Of a stretch of DNA of 64,000 nt, positions 41,701 through 55,497 are shown one piece after another (position 1 is the first letter of the stretch; the number at the start of each line of letters is the position of its first letter). A program made the position numbers and the translations under genes. The DNA comes from the human T2T-CHM13v2.0 reference genome, Homo sapiens. The notes under the pieces were generated by a model, which made no database searches, was not told the DNA's origin, and was given only the letters and a program-made list of their open reading frames with translations. The DNA is taken from NCBI RefSeq assembly GCF_009914755.1, contig NC_060938.1. One strand, 5' to 3'.

Positions 41701-42590
41701 AGTGTAGAAGCAGAAAGCACACTTTTCTCCTTTGCAAGGTCAGCATGAGGATTGCTAATTCATTATTTTAAGGTACTATTGGAGTGTCACTCTGTGGTGT
41801 GTGGGGTTTTGGCAGTGGTGGTCTGGAGTGTGAGGGCGGCGCTGAAGATTAGAGAGTGGGAAAGCTTCCTGTGTTTAGAACACTTCCAGCCTCTCCTCTG
41901 AGGGGTTTTTGGTGTAAAAAACTAGTCGAGTGTGGTTTACAAGAATGTGTCTTGTGTTTGTCGAGTGAGGTAACATTTTTTTCATCTCTAATTTATATAA
42001 CTCTTAGGAGACCCATTCCTATGAGGCCTTATTGAAACAATCACTTAGTGCCCCCCCCCCCGCAAAAAAATCAGACATATAACAGTCTTAACCCTGTTGA
42101 CATTGTTTTTCTTTCCTTCTTCAACAGATGTTTGCAAGAGTTGTATTAAATATATTTCATTCTGCTGTCTCAGCCTCTCAAATCCTTTTCACGAAGATTA
42201 CTTTAATGGGTGTCAGTTACAATCACAAAAAGCACCCATTTTGCTTTTGTTTTCTAGCAAAAAACAATGGGGAAACTTTCCATCTTAAACAGAATATTGA
42301 AAAGGGGGGGGTAGTAAAGACTTTGAAAATTGAGCTAATCATTTTATTTTCCTCTTTTCCATGTTCCTGTTTTTATTTGATGTTAAAGCTAAAAATAATC
42401 AGAATACAACAAAGTTGAATGAGAAAGGGGCAACTGAACAGTTTGTGTGTGACAGTTGGTACCTACTATTGTTTATAGGTCGTCTATTCTATCTTAAGCC
42501 TTCCATTTAAAGGAAACTTCTAGGAAATACCTAACATTTTGAAGAAATCCAAACGACTATTAAAACACTATCAAACAAAAGGCCATAATT

Positions 42591-42873
<283 letters not shown>

Positions 42874-42904
42874 TTAAGAAGGAACTATTAATGCATGAAA
42901 AAAT

Positions 42905-43800
42905 GGAGACACCCTCATTACCCTCATGGAGCTTGCATTCTAATGGAGAGGGGCCAGAAATAAGCATACTGTACAGCAGGTCACATGGTGGTAAGCGCTA
43001 TGGAAAAAACAAAGCATGACCTGGGAATAAGGGAGTGTAAGGTGAGAGAGTGGGGTGGGCAATTTAAAATAGTGTAGACAGATAAGATCTCATTAGGAAG
43101 GTGACATTTGAGCAAAGACAGAGCTGAGAGAGGCTAAACATGGGTGTGGGGGAAACGTGTTCCAGGCAGAGGAAGCAGCAAGTGTGAAGGTTCTGAGGCA
43201 GGCACGCGGCTGATATGTTGAAGGAACATCACAGCAGCCAGGATGGACTGAAACAGGAGAGGGTCAGTAGTAAGGGTGGAGGCTAGATCATAGAGGGACT
43301 AACAGGCCATCATAAGGACTTTGGCTTTTACTCTGAGATGGGAAGCCATTGACATGTTGATCAGGGGAGTGACATGACTTACCTTCTAGTTTTAAAAGAT
43401 CCTTCTTTTAGAAATGATTGTTATGGTTGATAAGAGACTACTGGAGAGGGTGGGGATATGCAGAAACATGGTGAGGGGTAGTCACATTCCAGATGTATTT
43501 TGAAGATTCAGCCCATAGGATTTATGGAGAGGTTAGATGCAGGATATGAGAGAAAGGAGTCAAGGATACTCCAAGGTTTTGACCTGAGCAATTGGAAAGA
43601 TGGAAAGCCATCTGCTGAGATAGGAAAGAGGAGCAAAGAAGCAGATGTGGTGAGAGTGAGAGCAAGAGTTGGGTTGTGGACATGTTGACTTTGAGATCAT
43701 CTGAGTGAGCATGGAGAGGGTGCAGTTGGAGTGTGAATCTGGGGCTCAGGGGAGAAACCTGGGCTGGAAATACAAACGTGGAGTTGTCTGCATACTCATG
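42905..43800 (-). mobile_element. L2a fragment
   Basis: ctcatggagcttgcattcta, gaaggtgacatttgagcaaagac, gttccaggcagaggaagcagcaagtg, aaggactttggcttttactctgag. Confidence 0.85.
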
Positions 43801-44333
43801 GGCCAGAGGTCAGAACCGAGGCAGGTGGCTGGGGGAGCTGGCCTGGTTTTTGTGCCCTCTGGGAATGGCCAGCCTCAGACCTCCTGACTGGTCATGGCCA
43901 GGAGGTCAGAAATCTGAAGGTGAATCCTAACCCTAACTTGAGTCCTTGGCTGAGATCTCAGGACTACTTCCCAGCTGGCCTGGGTCCTCAAGGAGTAAAG
44001 GAGCAGTCCTGGAGCACCCAGCTGTGCCGGTACCTGGGGAAAAAGTAACTACAGATGGAAAGTCTCCATGGAAGAAATGACCAGATCTCTACTCTGGAAA
44101 GGTAAAGGGCTCATTGGAAGTATCTGCTAGGGCAAGAGGTACCTGGTTCTTGCCTTTTGAGGATGGTCAGATGCCTTTGAATGACCAGCACCTGATGACC
44201 TTCTGCTGTCAGAAAAGACTGGAATGGTCATAATGGTCTATACAGTCCACTACATAGATGCCTGCCTTTTCTAGTGAATCCAAGGGACAGTAGCATTTTG
44301 AAGTGATCTTTACCAAGTAACCAAAAGCTCTCT

Positions 44334-44820
44334 GTATTCATTAACTATTGCTGTGTAACAAACTACCCTAAAACTTAATGACTTAACATAACAACAAGTT
44401 ATCTCAGTTTTCTGAGGGTCAGCAATTTAGAACAGCCTGGCTGGGAAGCTCTGCCTTAAGGTCTCCAACAAAGCTGTAGTCAAGAAATAAACTAGACCTG
44501 GAGGAGCCACTTCCAAGCTCACTCACATGGCTGGCAAGTTGATTCTGGCTGTTGGCAGGAGGCCTGAACTCCTCCCCATACAGGTCTCTCCCTGGGATGC
44601 CTGAGCATCTTCATAATTGGTGTGACTGGCTTCCCCCAGAACAAGTGAACCAAGACAGCAAGGTAGAAGCTGCAATGCTTTTTATGACCTAAGGTCAGAA
44701 CGCCTCCACTGCACACTCTTGGTCACATAGACCAGCTCTCATTCAGTGTGGGAGAAAAGCACATAGGTGAATACCAGTAGTCTAGGATCAATGGAGGCCA
44801 CCCTGGAAGCCCGCAATCAC
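44334..44820 (-). mobile_element. MLT1 (MLT1F-like) MaLR solo LTR
   Basis: tgtatt...attgctgtgtaacaaactaccctaaaactta...ccacttccaagctcactcacatggctggcaag...ttttatgacctaa. Confidence 0.8.
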
Positions 44821-44847
44821 CTTCCTTGAAAATAGGGGGAGGGTTAG

Positions 44848-45180
<333 letters not shown>

Positions 45181-46858
45181 TCAATCCTTTGTACCTTTTC
45201 AAAACACTACTTGCAGCTGTAAGGGCTCATAACTCCAGACTGGGTTCCCCATCACAACTGGTCTAATCCATACCACTAGCAGGGCTCCCACCAAATTATG
45301 GGGATTCTTCTCTGGTCACCTCTAGCTCAAGAGGGTACCTTGGGAGACAAACTCAAGTGCAGGTGCCAACACAAGAATCCCACCATTTGCCATGTTGGTA
45401 TTTTTGCCCTGATTTTTCAGGTGCCCTGGGCTGAAAAATATCTCTACAAATAAATACATGGTGTGTGTGGTTATCCACTTTTGAGTTGTGCAGAGTTGCA
45501 CTATATTTAGAAGCTTTTAGTACATGATGTGTCTAGGATTGACTTTGTAACATTCTTCCAAGGAGTCTTTGACCATGTAAAACCCACCAATATTCCTGCC
45601 TTTTAGCACATTTATTTCACCAGTACTTCTTCTGTGTGTGCATTTAATTCCTAGCCATTTCTTGCATGAGCAAATTGCCTAAATGCGCTTGTGAGAAACC
45701 CTTTTATGGCAAACGTTATTAAACTGAAAACAAGGGTATAATAAAATAGCAATTTAAGAGTAATTTACTAACAACTAGAGCCCTTAAGCATTGACATACC
45801 ATTGTGTAGCAATAATACCAGACTTGGTATTTAAACACACTCTTTGTCACTCCAAAAATCATTGGGACAGTTTCCTAATCCTCATGGTCTTTAATTATAG
45901 CTCTTCTAATTTTTTTTACTACTCCTATGTCACTGGTTTACAAATTATAAATCATTAACTTTTATCCACATTAAACATCCATGTAATAGAACTGTTACAT
46001 CTCTGCTCCTTATACAGAGAAATAACAAAGAAAATATTCAGAAAACATAGTAGAGGTGAGCTGACATCATCAAACCTTGAAGTTCTTGCACTTAAGTTTT
46101 CCACTGTGTCCTGAATCAGGTGATATTGGGGTGAGTAATGGTAGAGACTGGATCTCAGAAGTGATCAATTAATTGAAAATTCTGAGGATTCCTGCATCTT
46201 CCCCAGGGAGGAGAATTTGTCAAATACAAATCTCAGCAAAGATTCTTTGCTCTCTGGAAGATAGTGTGGATGCCACAGAGGCCAGTGGGCAGTTGGACAG
46301 GACCTAGCCAGTGTGACCAAGTCCCTGCATGTAGGGTCTGGCTTCCGTTTGAAGGTAGAGATGTTCACGCTTGTCAGCACCCTGGGGATACTCTCCTGAA
46401 AGACTGACTCATGCTAACTAGAAAGCAGGGAGGTAGACACTGCAATGCTGGCTGGTTAATTTGCCACGAGGAGCCATCATCAGAGAGACCAGACGTACTC
46501 CAAGTCCATATAATCAGCACACATTGTCCTTGTCGGCAGGCCTCCACAGGAAGCCAAATCATAATCAGAAATTATGTATTAAGTTGCCCTGAAAAATCAT
46601 TATCACAGATTTTGGAAATACCTCAAGTCTCTGTGATCAGTTCATTCTCTCCTTGAGGGTAGCTGGGGAGCTAAATCATGGTCCAAAGGTTGTTTTGTGA
46701 GTGGATAATCAGGACGGGGGCGCTGAGGAAGGGAAATGTTTAGTGGCAACGGGAACTTCATGGGTCCATGCCAGAATGGGAATGGCTTTGCCAGAAAGAC
46801 TGATGTATTCAAAACCAAGTGGCTAAAACTTCCTTTTACCTAGAGGGACAGTTGGATA

Positions 46859-47338
46859 GTGTATTAATTAACTTAGCAGCTTAAAACAATAAACATGTTA
46901 CACAGTTTCTGTGGGTCAGAAATATGAGAGATTCTGGCTTAGGATTCCTCAAAATGGTATGTGGGCTGCAGTTGTCCAAAGGCTTATCTGGGCTAGGAGA
47001 TCTGCTTCCAAGATGGTTCCCTCATATGGCTGGCAACTTGGTGCTAGGTATTGGCACGAGGCCTCGGTTCCTCACTACAAGGACCTCCCCATTGGGTTGC
47101 TTGCATGATGTCACAACATGGCAGCTGGCTTTCCCCAGAGTGAGTACTCGGAGACCGCAAGGGGAGGCCGTAATGCCTTTTATAACCTAATCCATAAAGT
47201 CACATACCGCCATTTCCCCTACATTCTATTTACTGAAAGTGACTCACTGAATCCAACCTGCACTCAGAAGGAAGGGAATTAGGCTCCACCTTTCAAAGAG
47301 GTGTGTCAAATAAATAGTTAACATATTTTAAACCACAA
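46859..47338 (-). mobile_element. MLT1 (G/H-like) MaLR solo LTR
   Basis: cttagcagcttaaaacaa...cacagtttctgtgggtcag...gatctgcttccaagatgg...cacaacatggcagctggcttt...tttttaaaccac. Confidence 0.8.
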
Positions 47339-47569
47339 TAGGTATAACTTACATTGTCTCTGTAACTCCTTTTTATTATACTTCTGTTGCTCACCAACTG
47401 TGATTATCCATGTACTCTATTAATACATTTATATAATGTTTATAACTATTACATATTTGTATGCATTTATATGTAATTCTGTATCATATAACTATAGAAC
47501 ATCTAATTATGTTATAAATATCAATATATTTGGCTTATGGCCACGCTGTTGTAGCAGGACAGCCATTAT

Positions 47570-47800
47570 GTATCTAATATCAAATTTGCCTACCTCCATT
47601 CTGCCACTTCACTAGCAGGGGGCTGGGGGCAAGTAACTTGGCCCATTTGTGCCCCTGTGCCTTCATCTGTAAAAGAAGGCTAGTAATAGGACCTACCTCA
47701 TAAGCTTCTTGGGAGGATTAAGTGAGTAATTAAATGCACAGGGCTTAGAAGAGTGCCTGGCACTTCGAAAACATTCAATACTGTTGGCTCTCAGCAGTGG
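47570..47800 (+). mobile_element. MIR
   Basis: gggcaagtaactt...ttcatctgtaaaa...taataggacctacctcata...gaggattaagtgagtaat. Confidence 0.82.
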
Positions 47801-48611
47801 CAGCTGGAGTAGTAGCAGAAATAGTTTGATCCAGTAGGTGTAGTTAGCCCTCAGAGAGCAATCTGATTTCTGTGTTCCCAGTGGTAGTAAACAAAAGCAA
47901 TACTTGTCTTCCTGGTCCCACCATCCAAGCCCTGTCCTGAGGATAAAGGGACCGGGGCCAGCGGCCTCTCGTTTTCCTTCCTCTTTGCTATGCTTGTTCC
48001 TCCTCTGAATCCCAGGTTAATCCACAGCAGAGAGCGGTTACATGGAGATAACATGTTTCGTTTGTACTATGACTCCTATTTATGTTTTGTTTTTGTTGCT
48101 GATTTTTTTTTTTTTTAGGTTGACCTTTTGTGGAAGGGTAGAATGTCCAATCAGGGAAATGACCTAGCAGAAAGCTAGGGAGTTCCTCAGCCTCATGAAT
48201 TTTTTATTAGAAGTCATTCCTAATTTTTATCTTTAAATGTACATTTTCAAGGATGTACACTAGCCACCTCTGATTACAGTAGGCTTACAGCATAACCCCT
48301 TTTGCTTCTTGGCCCCTTTTGCTTCTTTTCAGTGCCTCTTGGGCTTAATGAATAGATTTTATCTTCATGCTAAGCACATTCATCATTTAAAACATGCCTG
48401 GTATTTGCTGAAGATGAATTGAGGAGAAAGTTAGAATTGGAATTTTCTTTGCCTCTCAGCGCTACTTTAAAAGGGAGGCTATACCTAGTGGAATGTGTGA
48501 GAGTTGTCTTGTGTCAGGTGGCAATTAGCTAAATATAGAGTCAGGGAGCTGGGAGGGACTTGCTGAGGTCGTCTGTGCCCTCCTGCCAGCCTTCCCCATC
48601 TGAATGTCTCC

Positions 48612-48937
48612 AGCCCTGTGCTCAGCAGCTCAGTAGTCACCAGCCACATAAGGCTTCTAAGCTCTTCAGCTGTGGCTGATCCAAGTTGAGATGTACTGTC
48701 CATGATAAAAAATACATTGGCATTTTAAGACTTTTAAAAGATTTTTAAGACTTAATTCAAAAAAAGGAAAAATGGCTCATTAATGATAATTGATAATGAA
48801 GTGATAATTTGATTATTTAAATAAAATATATCATTAAAATGTACATTACCTGTTTATTCTGTCTCTTCTTTAATATGGCTACTAGAAAGTTTAGAATACC
48901 ATATATGGCTTATATTTTATTACTGTTGGACAGTGCT
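48612..48937 (-). mobile_element. MER33 (hAT-Charlie)
   Basis: gtagtcaccagccacat...ttgagatgt...tggctactagaaa.ttta...ttggacagtgct. Confidence 0.8.
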
Positions 48938-49384
48938 CCTCAAGATCGTCTCACTCTGTTACTGAATAACATTCAGACCCCAGGGCAGAGATTCTAAAGC
49001 CTTCCTTGGTGATTCTGAGTCTTTCATTATTCTGGCAATTCTGTTCTTCTCCACGTCCTATCTTAATCTCTCCTGCTTCGGTTTGGAGACTTCTACAAGT
49101 AGTTGACTCTTTGGCATCTCCTTATGAAATCCCACTTGAAGTGAGTCAAGCATCTCTTCATATTGTTGTAAGCACAGTAAACCCATTTTCTTTTCACCTT
49201 TTGACTTTCTACCTCCTTGATCATTTTTAGTGACTTCTCTTGGGTCATCTCTGGTTTCTCTATATTTTGTTTTTTAAAACTTGGCATCCCAAACCACCCA
49301 CATTGCTCTAACATGATTCCAGCTATGCAGAGACAAGCTGAAGGAATTACCTCCATCATCAAGTACTTGACCAGCCCTTTTGCT

Positions 49385-49575
49385 ACTTTACGTTATTTAA
49401 TCCCACAGCACATGGAGGGGCAGATGCTATTTGGGGCTCAGAGAAGGTATTTGGGGCTCAGAGAAGTTAAGTAACTTACCAAGGTTCTACCACAAATTAA
49501 ATGGTATGTCTGGGATTTGTGTCCAGCTTTGCCTGACTCCAAAGCTCATGCTCTTTCATTATATACCATGCCTCT
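49385..49575 (-). mobile_element. MIR, with a 20-bp tandem duplication
   Basis: ggctcagagaagttaagtaacttaccaagg...ctgggatttg...tgactccaaagctcatgctctt. Confidence 0.8.
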
Positions 49576-49997
49576 TTTTTTGCTGGTATTTTTCTTGAAA
49601 TATTCTTTCCCATAGTCTTGAGAAGCATTGCAGCACAGGCTGATGCATTTGTAGCTTATGGTCAACAGTGATAACTGGGCTTGTTTTGTTATGTTTGCAC
49701 CTAGCTGGAATTGCTAAGCCCTTCTGCTAAATTCCAGAAACCCCTTCCAACCTTCTAGATATGGCATAAAAACCAGCAGGACTGTCCAGCCCTAGCCCTT
49801 GTAGGGTCATCAGTGGGCCAGTGTTGAGATCTCCAGGTGTCAGGAATGACTTCCCTGAAAATGAGCTTTCTTTCCTCTGGCCCAGAGCCTGTGAATAACT
49901 GTCAATCCCAAGACAGGCTATTTCTCAAAGGCTAATCAGTGAGAGGGGATGGAAAGGATCCTTCTGAGTGTGTTAAAAACAGATCTTCCCAGAGCTT

Positions 49998-50560
49998 GAA
50001 ACTTGAGGACATTATGCTCAGTGAAGTAAGGCAGTCACAAAAGGACAAACACTGTATGATTCTACTTCTCTGTGGTACCTAGAGTAGTTAGAGTTTCAGT
50101 TTGAGAAGATGAAAGGGTTCTAGAGATGGATGGTAGTGATAGTTGCACACCACTGTGAAACGGTGAATTTTTTTTTTTTTTTTTTTTTTGAGACCAGGTC
50201 TCCTCTGTCACCCAAGCCCCAGGGTACAGTGGTGCAATCACAGCTCACTGCAGCCTCGACCTCTGAAGCTCAAGCAATCCTCCCACCTCAGCGTCTGGAG
50301 TAGCTGGATCTACAGGCATATACCATCACACATGGCTATTTCTTTTTTAATTATCTGTAGAGATGAGGTCTCATTATGTTGCCTAAGTTGGTCTCTAACT
50401 CCTGGGCTCAAGCCATCCTCCTGGCTCAGCCTCCCAAAGTGCTGGGATTATAGGCATAAGCCACCACCCCCAGCCTGTGAATGTTCCTAATGCCACTGAA
50501 CATCCACTTAAATATGATTAAAATGATCAATGTTATGTGTATTTTACCACAATAAAAACA
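49998..50560 (+). mobile_element. L1MB-type 3' end, interrupted by AluJ
   Basis: ttgaggacattatgctcagtgaa..cagtcacaaaaggacaaa...gttctagagatggatggtagtgat...tattttaccacaataaaaa. Confidence 0.85.
50168..50475 (-). mobile_element. AluJ
   Basis: Reverse dimer with poly-T; gtgaat repeated at both flanks. Confidence 0.92.
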
Positions 50561-51235
50561 AGCTGATCTCTACATAAAGCAAAACAGCAATTAGAGGTGT
50601 CTCAGGAGCCAAGTCTTCGGTCCATTGCATATTCTAGCTTTGAGCCCATAGTCACTCTGAGTTAGCTTCTCATGAGAAAGGTGCAGTCTTACTGCACAGA
50701 GATGAGGGGAGCTCTTTTTTTCCCTGACAAATTTCTCCATCTAGGAAGTTTTTCCAATTTCACACAAATGCCTTTACCAGGATTTAAATCACTTTCAACA
50801 GATGTCTGGGGGAGGTGAAGCAGCCTCACCCCCAGGACTCTGGAATGGGACCTTTGTTCATACTCACTTTTCTATGGAGAGCTTCTTAGTCTTAGCCCCC
50901 TGTCTATCAGGGGGTAGGCTAGACCTTTCTCAGAAAGAAAACAGAGCTGCACATTGTATTTGATTGTACCAAAGTAGTTGTAGCTTTTTTGGAAACACGA
51001 ATGAGAATTTGATTGAGTACTCAATATCTAAGAATGTTTGATCTGTGTTTCATTGGAGCCTCTGGCCCTTGAAAACCTGGGGTCAGTTAACCAATCTGAT
51101 TCACAGGCTCTTTTGAGAAAATATAGCCGGACTATGTAGATTGGGACCCTAATCCATAAAAATTCTCTTTAGAGTATCTGTTTAGAGTCACTGTGGGTGT
51201 ATTTGCTTATTTGCCGTGTATATTTCCCTTTTCAG

Positions 51236-51757
51236 GAATCATTAACCAATGGCAACAGGAATCCAAGGATAAAGTGATTTCCCTCCTGTTAACTCATCTG
51301 CCTTTGCTGAAGCCAGGAAACCTCGACGCGAAAGTAGAATATATGAAACTGCTGCCCAAAATCCTGGCTCACTCTATTGAACACAACCAGCACATTGAGG
51401 AGAGCAGGCAGCTGCTGTCCTATGCTTTGATACATCCAGCCACTTCGTTAGAAGACCGTAGTGCTTTAGCCATGTGGCTGAATCACTTGGAGGACCGCAC
51501 GTCGACCAGCAGCTTTGGTGGCCAGAACCGAGGCCGCTCAGACTCTGTGGATTATGGACAGACACACTACTATCACCAAAGACAGAACTCTGATGACAAG
51601 CTCAATGGGTGGCAGAACTCTCGGGATTCTGGGATTTGCATCAATGCCTCCAACTGGCAGGACAAAAGCATGGGGTGTGAGAATGGCCATGTGCCCCTCT
51701 ACTCCTCCTCATCTGTCCCCACCACAATCAATACGATTGGAACCAGCACAAGTACAA
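51236..51757 (+). CDS. SAMD4A: Internal coding exon of SAMD4A/Smaug1 (N-terminal Smaug-similarity region, upstream of the SAM domain); also the circSAMD4A exon
   Basis: Encodes (G)[87 protein letters not shown]...TIGTSTST, recognised as SAMD4A; acceptor ttttcag|GA and donor ACAA|gtaagt; 522 nt, phase 1-1. Confidence 0.96.
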
Positions 51758-52763
51758 GTAAGTTCCCCGGAATCCCTTTAACGTAGTCTGGTTTGGCGAT
51801 TTGCTGTGTATGTGGCATGTCCTGCTGACAGTGTCTGCTCCATGCACCCTGTGACCCTGGGAGAGAAGGACTGATTGGAATTGGCTGTGGGAAAGGTCCT
51901 TTGGACCCCATATTTGTTGCTCTTTGACTCTGCAAAGATGAAAATACTTGGGAAGGTAAAAGTGACTGATGGTCCAAATTTGGGTTATAAACAGACCAAA
52001 AATAAATAGACAATAAATGAAAGAAGGAAACTTGCCGTTTCCACAATCAGAAATGCATTTCACCCATGTCTTTCACCCTGGGGTTTTGGATTTGCTGAGA
52101 CACTGAGTTACTGTGTGATTCTCTAAACCTAATTCTAACCCATGGTTAACCAGGCAGCCTCATGGGCTTTGTGCTTTCTCTTTATTTTTTTTTTCCTCTT
52201 TCTTTCTCTTTATTTATTTATTTTTTCTTAAATTTCACCCTGGAATGTTTCCTCCCTTTGCATTTTCTGGTTTTAATCCCCAATTGTTGGGGCACTTTTT
52301 TCCTGACCAGTGGGAGCAGGTTTGCTAACTGAGAATGCTGCTGTGTGCTGTGGCCTGGTGAGAATGCCATGGACTTCTCTCGCTCAGTCCAACACCTTAG
52401 GAGAGGTGGGTCAGGAACTGCTTTGTGCGTGGGGAGAGCGGAGGACAGCCCTCTGCTCTTTTGACCACTAAAGCAAAGTATTGCACCCTCAGCTGGGCAC
52501 TGGGGCTGGGAGTCCTCTCTGTGTCTCCCCACTGAGGCTGAGCAAAGTGACAAACACACCACTGGTGTCTGTATAAAGTAGCGGTGTGGAAGTGCACCCT
52601 GTCTTCAAACAGCGTTCCTTAATGCTAGTTTGCACCTGTCCATGAATGCAGTGGCAGTGCCAAGATAACTTTCTTGAAGGAATGCTTTTGCAATTAGACC
52701 TCGTGTGCCTGTCTTCATGCAGGAACCCCCAGTTAAAAGATATGAGAGGATTAATAATTGGGG

Positions 52764-53095
<332 letters not shown>

Positions 53096-54129
53096 CTACT
53101 TGGATCTTTGGTTACCAGGACTCTTTAAATGGCTTTCTCAAATAGGTAGGATTGTTGAGTTACAGCTACATGAACTGAAACAGTACCTCAGTGGAATAAC
53201 CAAGCAAACACTGAAGATACTGCATTGATATTGCTACAACATGGGATTTTTTTAAATTCTTTTTTCTGCTTTTCCATTTAGATATGGTTAACTTGCACAT
53301 TATGGGAATTAGGTGATTACTGCATCTTAATTTATTATATAAGAGGTTCTGATGACACTGTCTTTCACAGACTATAATCCAGCAGGAACAGTTTACTCGT
53401 CTCTGTATGATAAGGAGTGATGACATGCAGGCAGATGACAGTCTCTTGGTCTAAGTTTCCTGCATCAGCAACAGAATCTAGTAATTGTTACAAAACTCTT
53501 GAATAGCTGGGAGAGATGCAAACTCTAAGCTGCCTGCCCTCTTAAAACTTGGTCTTTTGTATTTTAAACAGTTGAGTTTTATGTCATTTGTCTCAAAATT
53601 AGTCTTGGGTCATTATATATTTCTATCTACTGATTTATACATTCAGGATCAGGTCTTGACATTTAGTACATTTAAGATGGTTATCAGGTTGTAGTCATCA
53701 AGCACCTATTTCTGGCTGTGGCCACCCAGCCAGACCCATAGAGGGTAGAAAATTTGTAGATGACTGTCATGGCCTTACTGACCTCTGAACCCCTATGTAA
53801 TACTTGAGTGAAAAGGACTTGGAGGCTTAACCAGATGACTAGCTGACATACCTCTGGAAGAAGGCAGGCATCGGAGCCCTCTTCCAGAGCATCAGAGAAG
53901 ATCAAAGAGCTCAGATCTCCCCTCCAGAAAGTTTCATTCAAACACTCATGACCATATCAACACTTATATGTCAATAATATCTCTTTAAGAAAATGCGAAT
54001 GTCATTGCTGTACTCCTCTGTGTTGCCTATGGTGGTTCAATTGTGTGAGTCAAAACTCCAAGCCTTTGGGTCACTTGTTCACTCATGCCTCTATCAATAA
54101 ACCCTGAGCACCTGGGAGGCAGCCTGACA

Positions 54130-54330
54130 GAGGGAAGAACAAGGACTTTGGCATCAACGCCTCCTAGGTCCAAATCCCAGACAGGCAATTTGCTAACTAC
54201 AGCTTGGCCAAGTAATTTAACCTCTCTGATCAAGGTGCCCACTTGTAAAACTGGAACATTCACAATATCTACCTTTGAGGGCTGTAGTGAAGGTAAATAA
54301 GATTATGTAAATACCCAGCCTGGTTGCAGC
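54130..54330 (+). mobile_element. MIR
   Basis: gactttgg...caaatcccag...ttggccaagtaatttaacctctctg...tgtaaaactgga...tctacct. Confidence 0.75.
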
Positions 54331-55239
54331 AGCAACAGTAAGCACTCCAGGGGTACCTGTTAGATGAATATTAAATGAAAGAAACTGGGAAAGACGGTGA
54401 GGAGCTAAGTGTTAACACTGATATGCAGAGTCTTTGCCCTCATTTTCAGTTCTGATGGGCGCCTGACATAAGCACCTTACCCTGAGCCCAGAGCCATGCG
54501 CAGTATTCTAAGGGGCCTTGAATATGCTGTGATTTTTGGCCATTCCACTGCAATAGAAATTGGGTTGGACTTAAGGCTTCTTCTACTGCACTGAAGAGCT
54601 ACACTTCTTACCTCTTTCAAAGTGGAAAAACAATCTGCGTAAGACAATATGATGTTAAAAACAAATCAATTAGTACTACACATTTTCAAATTATCAGCCA
54701 CGTTAATGATGTTGAATAAAAGGTAACCAGAAGGCCAGCCACCTCCTTAGTTTTTGTTTTTGTTTTTGTTTTTAACCTTGGTTTATTCCACTGCTATTTT
54801 ATTCCTCAGTCATTGTGCCTTCAACAGAATGCCTTAGCATTCGTGGCTTCCTCCCTGTATGGATTCCCAATCATTCAACTACCCTGCAAATGCTTCCTGT
54901 CCATCTTCTGTGTGCCTAGCACTGCGTGTAAGTCCATGGGAAATACCAGGAAGCTGAAGACCCTGTTAACACTTCCAGGGAGCCTGTAATTGGAGAGATA
55001 TGATATATGAATCAGTATCACAATTAAAAATTAAATATTCCTTTTTGCTGGACTTATCATCCATAGAAATTTCATATAACAATTCATGAGTTATATAAAA
55101 GTGCAGTAAAATAATACTCTAAGAGCTGCCACAAGGCATATAGGATGAAGTGCCAGTTGAATGTAGGCCTATCCTGTAAGTGCTGTGAATGTACAGAATG
55201 GAGAGATCCTTGTGAACTGGAGGGTCAAGAAAGCCTTTG

Positions 55240-55497
55240 GGCCAGGTACAGTGGCTCATGCCTGTAATCCCAACACTTTGGGAGGCCAACGTGGGAGGAT
55301 TGCTTGAGGCCAGAAATTCAAGAACAGTCTGAACAACATAGCTAGACCCCATCTCTTCAAAAAAAGAAAAAAAATTAGTCTGATGAGGTGGCTGAAGTGA
55401 GCTGTGATCGTGTCACTGCACTCCAGCCTGGGTGACAGAGCAAGACTTAGTCTCAAAAAAAAAAAAAAAAAAGAAGAAGAAGAAGAAAGAAAAAAAA
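55240..55497 (+). mobile_element. AluJ with large right-arm deletion
   Basis: aattagtctgatgaggtgg joined directly to ctgaagtgagctgtgatcg. Confidence 0.88.

Noticed and set aside
49100-49680. Possible L3/CR1 relic around the MIR
   Set aside because: Similarity too faint to delimit by eye
51193-51235. 5' extension of the 197-aa ORF ([14 protein letters not shown])
   Set aside because: Starts at GTG and is the intronic polypyrimidine tract; the real exon starts after AG at 51236
51236-51757. Smaug recognition element (CNGGN stem-loop) for autoregulation in the exon
   Set aside because: The CNGG motifs checked by eye lack a closing stem
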